The notes under the pieces were generated by a model. That model did no database searches and was not told where the DNA came from. It was given only the letters and a program-made list of their open reading frames with translations. Both the position numbers and the translations under genes were made by a program. A DNA stretch of 17,622 nt from Myxococcota bacterium (GTDB lineage Bacteria; Myxococcota; SpSt-1050), in the NCBI GenBank assembly GCA_049969675.1, contig JBMFOP010000067.1, positions 1 through 17,622 on the forward strand, read 5' to 3'. This document shows, one piece after another, positions 1-8,338 of the stretch (positions are counted from its first letter, which is position 1; each line of letters opens with the position of its first letter).

Positions 1-156
1 AGATCTTATCGGCTTCAAATAGAGAGCAAACCTTTTGAGTGAATATAGTATTCTGGATGTGCTAATAAACATAAGCTGTAGGTTTTTAATCCACTTAATA
101 GCGCTTGAAAAAGCCAGACAAATGAGGAGATTGATAGGAAAAAACAGGCCCATCAT
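1..156 (-). CDS. Possible 5' part of a gene running off the left edge (MMGLFFPINLLICLAFSSAIKWIKNLQLMFISTSRILYSLKRFALYLKPIRS...; alternative ATG at 72)
   Basis: Minus-strand frame is open from ATG at 156 to base 1 (52 codons, translated by hand), same orientation as the upstream operon. No clear Shine-Dalgarno; could be non-coding. Confidence 0.3.
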   Translation of the reverse strand, partial: MMGLFFPINLLICLAFSSAIKWIKNLQLMFISTSRILYSLKRFALYLKPIRS

Positions 157-188
157 ATTACTTAAAAATTGGGAAGTTAGGGTTTAAG

Positions 189-207
189 ATTGAAAATAAC
201 TTTCAAT
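189..207. promoter_or_regulatory. Palindromic operator resembling the deltaproteobacterial Fur box
   Basis: ATTGAAA-ATAAC-TTTCAAT inverted repeat. Core 190-206 TTGAAAATAACTTTCAA differs at one position from WTGAAAATNATTTTCAW, the Fur-box consensus I recall for deltaproteobacteria. Confidence 0.45.
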
Positions 208-237
208 TTACATAAATTGTGGAGAGGATAGTCTTAT

Positions 238-1002
238 TTATCTTAGAAACACAAACTGGATCTTTAGATATAAGATGCCGAGGAGCTCTTTTAGGGGTAA
301 AAAGGGGGTTGCAGGGCCTGGTATATAGTTGAAAATCTTATATTCCCGTTTATTTATTGCCCTGAATGAACAGGGGGCTGGTATTACATCCACTCCATAT
401 CGCTTAAAACTCAAGATCGCCCTCTTCATATGAGGTGCGGTTGTAACAAGAATGGGCTTTTTGAAGTTCTTCTCTTTTAATATCTTTGCACAGTACTCTG
501 CATTCTCCAGAGTCGTACGGGAGAAATTCTCAGTTATTATTTTACTCTCAGAGACCCCAAACTCCAATAAAAACCTTTTTGATATCTCTGCCTCTGTAAT
601 ATCTGCCTCAGTCAATTTACCCCCGGTCGTAATAATCGGCAGATTCAATCGCTTATGTAATCTATATGCCATTACAATTCTGGCAAGTGCCTCATCAGAT
701 GGGACAGAATTACCCGATAAATCCGGCGAATTTGGATATACCCCGCCACCGAGCACAATTATTACATCACCCTCTGGATTTGCAGTAAATGTAAGCCCAT
801 CCTCAAGTCTTCTATAAAGATAATCCTGAACGGGCTCAATAAAGAGGAGATATAGTAAAATTGCAAAAGTCGTATTCGTATAAAATGCAGTCTTATTACC
901 TTTTTTATAAAAGAGATATGCAGAGATTAAAAGCAAGAGAACAATCAGCCCGGGCGGAAGAAGAATCTGTGTTATAATCTTGATGAGATTTATTAAAAGC
1001 AT
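238..1002 (-). CDS. YdcF/ElyC (DUF218) family membrane-anchored envelope protein
   Basis: N-terminal LLPPG plus two hydrophobic helices; motifs IIVLGGG, IITTGG, E..SRTTLENA, LVTTAPHMKRA and C-terminal LKELLG are typical of DUF218. Confidence 0.9.
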   Translation of the reverse strand: MLLINLIKIITQILLPPGLIVLLLLISAYLFYKKGNKTAFYTNTTFAILLYLLFIEPVQDYLYRRLEDGLTFTANPEGDVIIVLGGGVYPNSPDLSGNSVPSDEALARIVMAYRLHKRLNLPIITTGGKLTEADITEAEISKRFLLEFGVSESKIITENFSRTTLENAEYCAKILKEKNFKKPILVTTAPHMKRAILSFKRYGVDVIPAPCSFRAINKREYKIFNYIPGPATPFLPLKELLGILYLKIQFVFLR

Positions 1003-1013
1003 ATCAGAAAAAT

Positions 1014-2033
1014 TTATACATTATATTCGTTTTCGGACTTTAAGGTTCGGGTCATCAGTGAATACATAGCCTCTTTTACATCCATCCCCTCATAGATTAT
1101 CTGATAGACTTTCTCAGAGATTGGCATCTCTACATCCAGTCTCTTTGCAAGTTCATAGACCGATTTTGAGGTCTTCACACCCTCTGCTATCATCTTCATA
1201 CCTGAGAGGATTTCATCAATCTTCTTCCCCTCGCCCAGTAGTTTGCCCACCATCCTATTTCTTGAGAGTTCACCTGTGCATGTGAGCACCAAATCTCCAA
1301 CACCAGCCAGTCCAGATAGAGTTAAGGGATTTGCACCCTTTTTGACTGCAAGTCTTGTCATCTCTGCAAGACCTCTTGTTATAACCGCAGCCCGAGCATT
1401 ATTTCCAAACCTTGCACCATCACATATCCCTGCTGCAATGGCGATTACATTCTTGATGGCACCACCGAGTTCCACACCAACCACATCATTTGAGGTATAG
1501 ATTCTAAAGTTCTTACTTGCAAAGTAGAACTGAACCTGTTTTGCTACATCCTCGTTTCTACTTGCCACCACACAGGTTGTGGGAAGTCCCATTGCCACCT
1601 CCTTTGCAAATGTGGGGCCGGATAGATATGCGAGGTAATTGTGATATCTGCCGGGCAATACATAGTGCAAAACCTCATCCATCGTCATAAGGGTATCATT
1701 CTCAATACCCTTTGAGGCACATACAATCGGAACACCCTCCGGAAGGATATTGTGAACCGAATTTACAATTGACTTGGTATGATGGGATGGAGTTACAAAG
1801 ACTATTAACTGCTTATTATATATCACTGACTCAATGTCATTGGATGCAACTATACGCTCGCTCAACTTTATATTTGGTAGAAATATAGTATTCTCCCTCT
1901 TTTGATTTATCTCTTCAACGAGCTCCTTCTCATATACCCAGAGCTCAATTGAGATATTATTTGTTGAGAGTAGCTGCGCAATTGCCGTCCCCCACGACCC
2001 TCCACCAATTATGCCCGCCTTTATATTCTCCAT
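1014..2033 (-). CDS. gpsA: NAD(P)H-dependent glycerol-3-phosphate dehydrogenase
   Basis: GGGSWGTA Rossmann motif, SKGIE, LSGPTFAKEV, GGAIKNVIAIAAG, GLAGVGDLVLTC, SRN, AEGV. SD AAGGAGG upstream (2042-2048, minus). Confidence 0.98.
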   Translation of the reverse strand: MENIKAGIIGGGSWGTAIAQLLSTNNISIELWVYEKELVEEINQKRENTIFLPNIKLSERIVASNDIESVIYNKQLIVFVTPSHHTKSIVNSVHNILPEGVPIVCASKGIENDTLMTMDEVLHYVLPGRYHNYLAYLSGPTFAKEVAMGLPTTCVVASRNEDVAKQVQFYFASKNFRIYTSNDVVGVELGGAIKNVIAIAAGICDGARFGNNARAAVITRGLAEMTRLAVKKGANPLTLSGLAGVGDLVLTCTGELSRNRMVGKLLGEGKKIDEILSGMKMIAEGVKTSKSVYELAKRLDVEMPISEKVYQIIYEGMDVKEAMYSLMTRTLKSENEYNV

Positions 2034-2046
2034 AAATTCTTCCTCC

Positions 2047-2706
2047 TTATATAAATTGTTTGATGAACTTTTTTACATTCTCTCTCCCTCTGATAATACC
2101 ATAGTGCCCTTCACAGAGGATATCTGCATTTAGTTCTGACAAGACTTTGAGACTTGTAATGTAATCTTCTCTATTAGATCCAAACTGACTATTTAGCGGT
2201 CCGTGAATATCCTGTCCGAAGAGAATTCTCTTCTCATCAATCTCATAGAGCACTGCAATGGAGCCAGGTGTATGTCCGGGTATATGATACCACTTTAGAC
2301 CGCTACCCTCAATTATACTTCCTCCTTTACCAACAAGTACGATATCAACATCAACTGGCTCTGCAACGACATTATACCAATTAGCAGCTGTAAGTAATTT
2401 ATCGCCGCTCTCAATCGCATCTACATCCAGTTCATGGGCAATTATCTTATGTGGAAACCTGTCCTTAAACTGTCTTGCACCGCCTATATGATCAATATGA
2501 CAATGTGTCAAAATGATATATCTGATATCCAGAGGGTTAATCTGAGTCTCATATATATTGTCAAGGATTTTATCTACATCTCTGCCAAGTCCTGAATCTA
2601 TAAGTAGTGGGACCTCAAGATTTAGCAAATAGACACAACAATCTCCACCATCACTATATCCACCACCACCTACAAGATATACATTCTCACAAACTTTAAG
2701 AGACAT
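2047..2706 (-). CDS. Metallo-beta-lactamase-fold hydrolase (glyoxalase II-like, substrate unknown)
   Basis: LIDSG, THCHIDHIGG (HxHxDH), PGHTPGS, LFGQD and CEGH motifs. Start overlaps the upstream stop (TGATG at 2704-2708, minus). Confidence 0.93.
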   Translation of the reverse strand: MSLKVCENVYLVGGGGYSDGGDCCVYLLNLEVPLLIDSGLGRDVDKILDNIYETQINPLDIRYIILTHCHIDHIGGARQFKDRFPHKIIAHELDVDAIESGDKLLTAANWYNVVAEPVDVDIVLVGKGGSIIEGSGLKWYHIPGHTPGSIAVLYEIDEKRILFGQDIHGPLNSQFGSNREDYITSLKVLSELNADILCEGHYGIIRGRENVKKFIKQFI

Positions 2707-3548
2707 CAGAATCCCTCAATATTAAAGCAGAAGTGATTTTTATATTCAGCATTAGAAAAGATCTCAACCCGCAGTATTTTAGCCCTTCCATCCTTAAAAG
2801 TAAATCTGCTCTTCTGCCATTCTTTACTCCTTGCGATTGTTGCCGAGTGTACAGCCCTATCATTTATAAAGATATCTGTCTTCACCTCTGGTTTATTAAA
2901 ATCAAATCCAGATGTGGATGCAAGCGCCTGATAAAATACAAAATTACCAGATAGAGCAGGGATTATTTCTGATTCTATAATAATCTTCTTCCCACCTATC
3001 GGATGTGCCCAGATGCACTCAGCCTTCTGCCCATTTACATCCACCACAGACAGTCCCACATATTGCCACCCCATCTCCTGGCATTTATACAAATTATCTT
3101 GATGAGGACACTCCTTCTTGTTTTCAGAGTCAAAGAGAAATACTCTAAGTCTATTGATATTTTCGGATAAATTAAAATCAGGGAGTTTATATTCTTCCAC
3201 TCTGTAATTTCCGACCACGAATCTTTTATTGAGAAGCATCTCATTTAAGATTGGCAGATTTTCGTTCTTGTAGTGGTGCGTGTTCTTTACAATAAATGCC
3301 CTTTTGAATGAAAAGAGATTGATATATTGATTCTCCTGAGTCGTTATCAGTGGGAGTCCGTCCAGTGACAATATGTCATTCTTCTCCCAGTCGGGGAAGA
3401 AGATTACAATGTCATTCTTCTTGAGTTCCTTTTTGAGAGTAAACTTGACCCTCATCAGATCCATCTTAAAAAAATAGAGATAGAAGAAGAGCAATCCCAT
3501 TATGATTATCAGGCTGGCAATTATAAATATTTTCGGTAGATCTTTCAT
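2706..3548 (-). CDS. Single-pass membrane protein with C-terminal Cys-containing beta-sandwich (NPCBM/NEW2-like) domain
   Basis: One N-terminal TM helix (IFIIASLIIIMGLLFFYLYFF); C-terminal C...C...CIWAHP...HFCF pattern. Start placed at 3548 (ATGA overlap with the upstream stop) rather than 3557. Domain call is by eye. Confidence 0.7.
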   Translation of the reverse strand: MKDLPKIFIIASLIIIMGLLFFYLYFFKMDLMRVKFTLKKELKKNDIVIFFPDWEKNDILSLDGLPLITTQENQYINLFSFKRAFIVKNTHHYKNENLPILNEMLLNKRFVVGNYRVEEYKLPDFNLSENINRLRVFLFDSENKKECPHQDNLYKCQEMGWQYVGLSVVDVNGQKAECIWAHPIGGKKIIIESEIIPALSGNFVFYQALASTSGFDFNKPEVKTDIFINDRAVHSATIARSKEWQKSRFTFKDGRAKILRVEIFSNAEYKNHFCFNIEGF

Positions 3549-5197
3549 CTTATACACCTATAACTCATTATTGCCTCAATCAGTTCGCCCCTTTTCATTA
3601 ACACATTACCCTTTTTAAGACAAATCTTATATTCTGATCTTTTATCAAATTCAAATGGCAGATTCATCATCGGCTTTGGGTCAAAAGATCTCTCTATCCG
3701 GATGATCTCTCTATAATTCTCTTCATCTGGCCTTGATGGGAATAACATCGTTATAAATAAAATCCAGATTATGAATATCTCTGCTACTATGATATAACCT
3801 GAATAAAACCTCCTTAATAGAAATACCATACAAAGTAAAAAAATGGTTGCTATAATAAAAAGATAAATTCCTATAGAACTGATTCCGTATATGCCAAAGA
3901 GATTTGCTACGGAATGGGTGATATATCCGTCTGAGATGAGGATATAACAGAAGTGAGCTATGGGATTTAAAAACTGTGGAGGGAAGAAGGGCCAGCTGAT
4001 TGTAGAGACTATTATGTTGTGGACAGAGATTAATAGTAATCCGAAAAATATAGATAAAGCAAAAGGCTTATTCAGATTCTCCTCAAGAAAGAATGCAAGA
4101 GGAACTATCAGAAAGTAGTTTAATGGCATCAGGTGTCTGGCGCCCGCTGCATCTCCTCCTATCCAGTAGCCGAATGAAGATATTAAGAGTGTATAGAATA
4201 GAAAGATGACAAAGATAATTCTCATCAGACTATATTTAAGCCCCGATTTTAGGAAATAGAGGACTGCAAATGTCAGTACCGGAGAGTAAAAAAATAGACC
4301 TCTCTGAGAGCCAAATAGCAGATTAATAATGGCTTTTGGGTCAGGGTATTTAAAACCCAGTATTCCAGAGCTATGAATCTTTGAGAATGTCTCGGAATCC
4401 AGATGCTGGTACCCTGTTGAAATTGGCGAACCGAAACAGGAGTTGAAGTAATACATAATGATTGTAACAGGAATTATTGCTACAGAAGAATATAAAAATA
4501 CCTTCACATCCCTGGTTGAAATAAGTAGATATAGAAATAACAATATGGAAATAAAGAGTGTTGGATATTCAGAAATAAAAGCATACGAGCATAAGAATGC
4601 AGCAGATATGACATAGACTGGCTTCTTCTCCTCTCGTATATAAAATTCAATTAATACAAAGGCTATAAACAATAATGATGCCGAAAATTGATGTCCGAAG
4701 AATAACATTGAGTAAGTAGTTACATAAGTGCCAGGTACAATGGAGAAGATAGAGAGTAAGATAGTGCTATGACTGAGATTATACAGATTAAACAACCTTA
4801 TTAAAAATATGATTGAGATAATGGTAAATAAAAGAGAAGTAAAATATACGGCTATTAAATATTGAGTTTTGAGACCCGGGGTTTTCTTAAAAAAATATTT
4901 GTGGATTAGCCTGCTGATATATAAAGAAGGAACTGCCGCAAATGAGATGCCCGGGGCCTTATCAGAATATATCTTCCCTTTATAGACAGCCCTGTCCCAG
5001 ATAACACCGTAAGTATTTATCTCTTTATCTATATTGAACCTCCCCTCATCTACTATAGCGAGCGCCAGATACAATCTAACCGTCTCATTGGGATTGGGCC
5101 AATCTCTATGAAAGTGTGAAAAATATCCAGAGATGAAGAGGGTAATTAGAATTAAAAAAGATGTCCAAAATTTTGACAAAAACCTATAATTATCCAT
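3545..5197 (-). CDS. Polytopic membrane protein, probable GT-C-fold (ArnT/PMT-like) glycosyltransferase
   Basis: Many hydrophobic segments; first external loop NPNETVR...YSDKAPG after TM1; late-loop WIGGDAAGARHLMP resembles GG..GPRYL.P motifs of GT-C enzymes; TPR-like last helix pair. Confidence 0.65.
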   Translation of the reverse strand: MDNYRFLSKFWTSFLILITLFISGYFSHFHRDWPNPNETVRLYLALAIVDEGRFNIDKEINTYGVIWDRAVYKGKIYSDKAPGISFAAVPSLYISRLIHKYFFKKTPGLKTQYLIAVYFTSLLFTIISIIFLIRLFNLYNLSHSTILLSIFSIVPGTYVTTYSMLFFGHQFSASLLFIAFVLIEFYIREEKKPVYVISAAFLCSYAFISEYPTLFISILLFLYLLISTRDVKVFLYSSVAIIPVTIIMYYFNSCFGSPISTGYQHLDSETFSKIHSSGILGFKYPDPKAIINLLFGSQRGLFFYSPVLTFAVLYFLKSGLKYSLMRIIFVIFLFYTLLISSFGYWIGGDAAGARHLMPLNYFLIVPLAFFLEENLNKPFALSIFFGLLLISVHNIIVSTISWPFFPPQFLNPIAHFCYILISDGYITHSVANLFGIYGISSIGIYLFIIATIFLLCMVFLLRRFYSGYIIVAEIFIIWILFITMLFPSRPDEENYREIIRIERSFDPKPMMNLPFEFDKRSEYKICLKKGNVLMKRGELIEAIMSYRCIR

Positions 5198-5200
5198 ACT
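5173..5200 (+). promoter_or_regulatory. Putative sigma70 promoter for a leaderless SpoIID-family transcript
   Basis: TTGACA (5173-5178), 16-nt spacer, CATACT (5195-5200). Predicted +1 falls on the A of ATG at 5207, and there is no SD before it. Confidence 0.5.
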
Positions 5201-5206
5201 AATAAT

Positions 5207-6433
5207 ATGTCCTTACTACATCATACATTAAAAAATTTCTATAAAATATTTTGCCCGTTTATATTTCTTTTTATTTTTCAATCAACACCTCTTGCCTCCG
5301 AGACCATAAGAGTCCTGCTGCCAGTTACTTCTAACAAGATTAAGATTACCCTTGAAAAAGGGGAGATATTCTCGGATGAGACGGAGTCAGTTGATTGTAG
5401 AGAACTGCAAGAATCAGATGAAATATCTGAAATCATAAATAAGGAGAAGAGAGAGCATAAATTGAGACCTGTTATCGCTGTTGAATCCAGACAGAGCTTT
5501 GACATAAAATTGAATGATGGGATTATGCTAACTGAAAATAGGAATGTATCCGGTACTTCAAAGAGAGAGAATATAATTGACCCCAATAAGAAGTATAGAT
5601 CTCTAATTTTTCACAACCAATCGCCTACTTTGGAGATAAATGGAAACTTTATAAAAGGGGATCTGGAAATTAGATTTGTGTCTGGCACTTTTAAGATAAT
5701 CAATGTAATAGACATAGAAGACTATCTAAAATATACAATCAGTAAAGAGATGAACCCAACCTGGCCCATTGAGGCATTAAAGGCACAAGCAGTCCTGGCG
5801 CGCACCTTTGTGTTAAAGAAGAAATATTTGATGAAGAACTGTCTATATGATATCGGTTTCTCTGCACTTGATCAGGTCTATGGCTCTTTTAAGGAGGATT
5901 ATCTGGAAGTTATACAGGCGGTGTCATCTACATCTGGTGAGGTCTTAAAATATAACGGAGAGATAATAGATGCCCTGTATCATTCCTGTTGTGGTGGCAA
6001 TACATCTTCTGCAAAGGAGATATTTGGATTTGATAAGCCATACCTTACCTCAAGACCCTGTCCCTGTAGAGGTGAATGTCCTTACGGGAAGGGGTGGAGT
6101 TATAAGATGAAGATCTCTGAACTTCAAAAAATTTTTGGATTAAATAAGATTGATAATATAGTTGAAGAGAATAATCAGATTAAAATTATTGGCAACAGGA
6201 AGATCTTGCTCAGCAAGAATGCCTTCAGGGAGAGAATAGGATTCAATCAATTAAAGTCCTCAAAATACTCTCTCACCTTTTCAAAAAGTGAATTAAAGAT
6301 AAGTGGCTCTGGGTTTGGCCATACTGTGGGGCTGTGTCAGTATGGTGCAAAGAGCATGGCTGAAGAGAACAAGGATTATAAGGAGATTCTACTTCACTAT
6401 TTTAATGGTGTAACTATTGAAAAAATTTATTAA
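5207..6433 (+). CDS. SpoIID/LytB-domain protein (peptidoglycan lytic transglycosylase family)
   Basis: Signal-peptide-like N-terminus then TIRVLL; INVIDIEDYL...EM..WPIEALKAQAVLARTF, DQVYG, YHSCCGG.T and GFGHTVGLCQYGA...ILLHYF motifs. Confidence 0.93.
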   Translation: MSLLHHTLKNFYKIFCPFIFLFIFQSTPLASETIRVLLPVTSNKIKITLEKGEIFSDETESVDCRELQESDEISEIINKEKREHKLRPVIAVESRQSFDIKLNDGIMLTENRNVSGTSKRENIIDPNKKYRSLIFHNQSPTLEINGNFIKGDLEIRFVSGTFKIINVIDIEDYLKYTISKEMNPTWPIEALKAQAVLARTFVLKKKYLMKNCLYDIGFSALDQVYGSFKEDYLEVIQAVSSTSGEVLKYNGEIIDALYHSCCGGNTSSAKEIFGFDKPYLTSRPCPCRGECPYGKGWSYKMKISELQKIFGLNKIDNIVEENNQIKIIGNRKILLSKNAFRERIGFNQLKSSKYSLTFSKSELKISGSGFGHTVGLCQYGAKSMAEENKDYKEILLHYFNGVTIEKIY

Positions 6434-6465
6434 AAGAGGTGGTTCCCCCCATAGGCACCACCTTA
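6434..6465. terminator. Probable bidirectional intrinsic terminator between convergent genes
   Basis: AGGTGGT (6437-6443) / ACCACCT (6457-6463) stem. On the minus strand it is followed by CTTTTA; it fills the 29-bp gap between two stop codons. Confidence 0.7.
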
Positions 6466-7311
6466 TTCAATTCTGCCAAAGGTTGGGTTCAGGTCTTTAT
6501 AATTAATCTTCTGACCCATTCTTGCTCGTGAATCTAAGGGAGATTCAATCACACCCCCATTTGTTGATTTGTGAATGAAATAGATTACATCATTCCCATC
6601 CTTATCCTTCTCTTTACGGCTTACAATCCCAATATGTGTTGCATAATCAGTAAGTTTGAGCTCAACTTCCTGTTTTTCCTTCTCTCCCTTCTTTATTTCT
6701 ATTTTTTCTACCTCCTTGAAGAAGACCAGATCCCCGGGTACAACCTCACCGGGATTAACTGAAGTTGACGCCCTTCTAAGTAGCTCTGCCCCTCTATCTC
6801 GCTTTATAAATTCTTTTGATCTGTCCCCATAGACTGCCTTGAGTTTCTTCTCTTCTACCTTCATAAGGGGCATAAGGTCCCTACCACTTTCTGAATAAAT
6901 CATCTTAATAAAGCCGGAGCAATCTGTACTATTCGCCCTGACCATAGTATCGTCCACCTCCACACCGTCCCTTCTCAGATCGCTTACTACTGCCATATAA
7001 TCCTTAATATTTGGCTTACCTTCACTGGAGCCCTTCTTCCTTGCTGCCTCCTCTGAATATTTTTTCTTAAAATCTGAGGTCTTTGTTACAATATCCTTTG
7101 CCTTTTTCAAAGGACTATCAGCCACCTTTTTCTTCTCATCACGATCATTGAGATGGTCAAAGGCTATCTTCTGGGGCATCTGTGTGTTCTGTGACATCAC
7201 CGTAGCTGGCACCGTGCTAATCTTGACATCAGAAAGGCATTCGCTGGAATATGGATAATATTCATATCTATCTTCTGATATTGAATTGCTATTTACTGAA
7301 TTTGTATTCAT
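6463..7311 (-). CDS. NlpC/P60-family cysteine peptidase (putative peptidoglycan endopeptidase/amidase), no signal peptide
   Basis: DCSGFI (catalytic Cys), PGDLVFF, THIGI (His), FIH.S..GGV (third residue). SD GGGAGGAG upstream. Confidence 0.88.
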   Translation of the reverse strand: MNTNSVNSNSISEDRYEYYPYSSECLSDVKISTVPATVMSQNTQMPQKIAFDHLNDRDEKKKVADSPLKKAKDIVTKTSDFKKKYSEEAARKKGSSEGKPNIKDYMAVVSDLRRDGVEVDDTMVRANSTDCSGFIKMIYSESGRDLMPLMKVEEKKLKAVYGDRSKEFIKRDRGAELLRRASTSVNPGEVVPGDLVFFKEVEKIEIKKGEKEKQEVELKLTDYATHIGIVSRKEKDKDGNDVIYFIHKSTNGGVIESPLDSRARMGQKINYKDLNPTFGRIE

Positions 7312-7325
7312 CTTCTCCTCCCTGT

Positions 7326-8327
7326 CTATGCAACTGCATTTTTTGCCTCATCGTTGAATAATTCCTTAAGCAATTTGTCTCTTAGGTTTTGATTCTGCTT
7401 CACAAGAGTGATTACATTATCTCTCCCCTGACCGAGCTGTTCATCTTTATATGAGTACCAGGTCCCTGATTTTGTGATGATATTTCTCTCAAGTGCCATA
7501 TCCACAATCTCCGCATTTACATTTATGCCTTCGCCATAGATAATCTCAAGCATTACCTCCTTAAACGGGGCAGATATCTTATTCTTTACCACCTTTACCT
7601 TTATTCTATTCCCGATGATATTTTCACCCTGCTTGATACTCTCTGCCTTTCTGACCTCAAGCCTTACCGAGGCATAGAATTTGAGGGCATTTCCACCCGT
7701 TGTGGTCTCTGGATTCCCATAGACTACACCTATCTTATTTCTGACCTGATTGATAAAGATTACCATTGAATTAGTCTTGTGTGTGATCGCAGTCAACTTT
7801 CTTAAAGCCTGAGACATTAGCCTTGCCTGAAGTCCCATATGTGAATCTCCCATCTCCCCTTCAATTTCAGCCTTCGGGACCAGCGCCGCCACTGAATCAA
7901 TTACAATCAAATCTGATGAATTATTTCTGATAAGATTGTCGGCAATCTCAAGTGCCTGTTCTCCATAATCGGGCTGTGAGAGCAACAGGTGCCTTGGATC
8001 CACACCGATTCTGGTTGCATAATTGATGTCGAGCGCATGCTCTGCATCAATAAATGTGGTAATCAGTCCAGCCTTTTGTGCCTCTGCAATGGCGTGCAGC
8101 GCAAGTGTGGTCTTTCCAGAGGATTCAGGTCCAAATATCTCAATCACCCTACCCCGTGGAAATCCACCGGAGCCAAGTGCATTATTGAGTGCAATTGAAC
8201 CCGTTGAGATAATTGGAATCTCCTGATGCCTCTCCTCACCCATCTGCATAATTGAACCTTTGCCAAATTGCTTCTCAATTTCAGCAATGATTCTGGAAAT
8301 CTTCTTTGTCCTTTCATCGTTCTTCAT
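7326..8327 (-). CDS. recA: Recombinase RecA (divergent sequence)
   Basis: GPESSGKTT Walker [80 protein letters not shown]. Confidence 0.99.
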   Translation of the reverse strand: MKNDERTKKISRIIAEIEKQFGKGSIMQMGEERHQEIPIISTGSIALNNALGSGGFPRGRVIEIFGPESSGKTTLALHAIAEAQKAGLITTFIDAEHALDINYATRIGVDPRHLLLSQPDYGEQALEIADNLIRNNSSDLIVIDSVAALVPKAEIEGEMGDSHMGLQARLMSQALRKLTAITHKTNSMVIFINQVRNKIGVVYGNPETTTGGNALKFYASVRLEVRKAESIKQGENIIGNRIKVKVVKNKISAPFKEVMLEIIYGEGINVNAEIVDMALERNIITKSGTWYSYKDEQLGQGRDNVITLVKQNQNLRDKLLKELFNDEAKNAVA

Positions 8328-8338
8328 CTTTTCCTCCC

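Noticed and set aside
2047..2706. Antibiotic-resistance metallo-beta-lactamase
   Set aside because: No signal peptide, glyoxalase-II-like motifs and a housekeeping context.
3549..3557. Start at 3557 (MYK...) for the 283-aa ORF
   Set aside because: The ATG at 3548 forms a canonical ATGA overlap with the upstream stop and is the more likely start.
5173..5190. Perfect TTGACA and TATAAT as one promoter
   Set aside because: They are only 6 nt apart. TTGACA pairs better with CATACT at 5195-5200.
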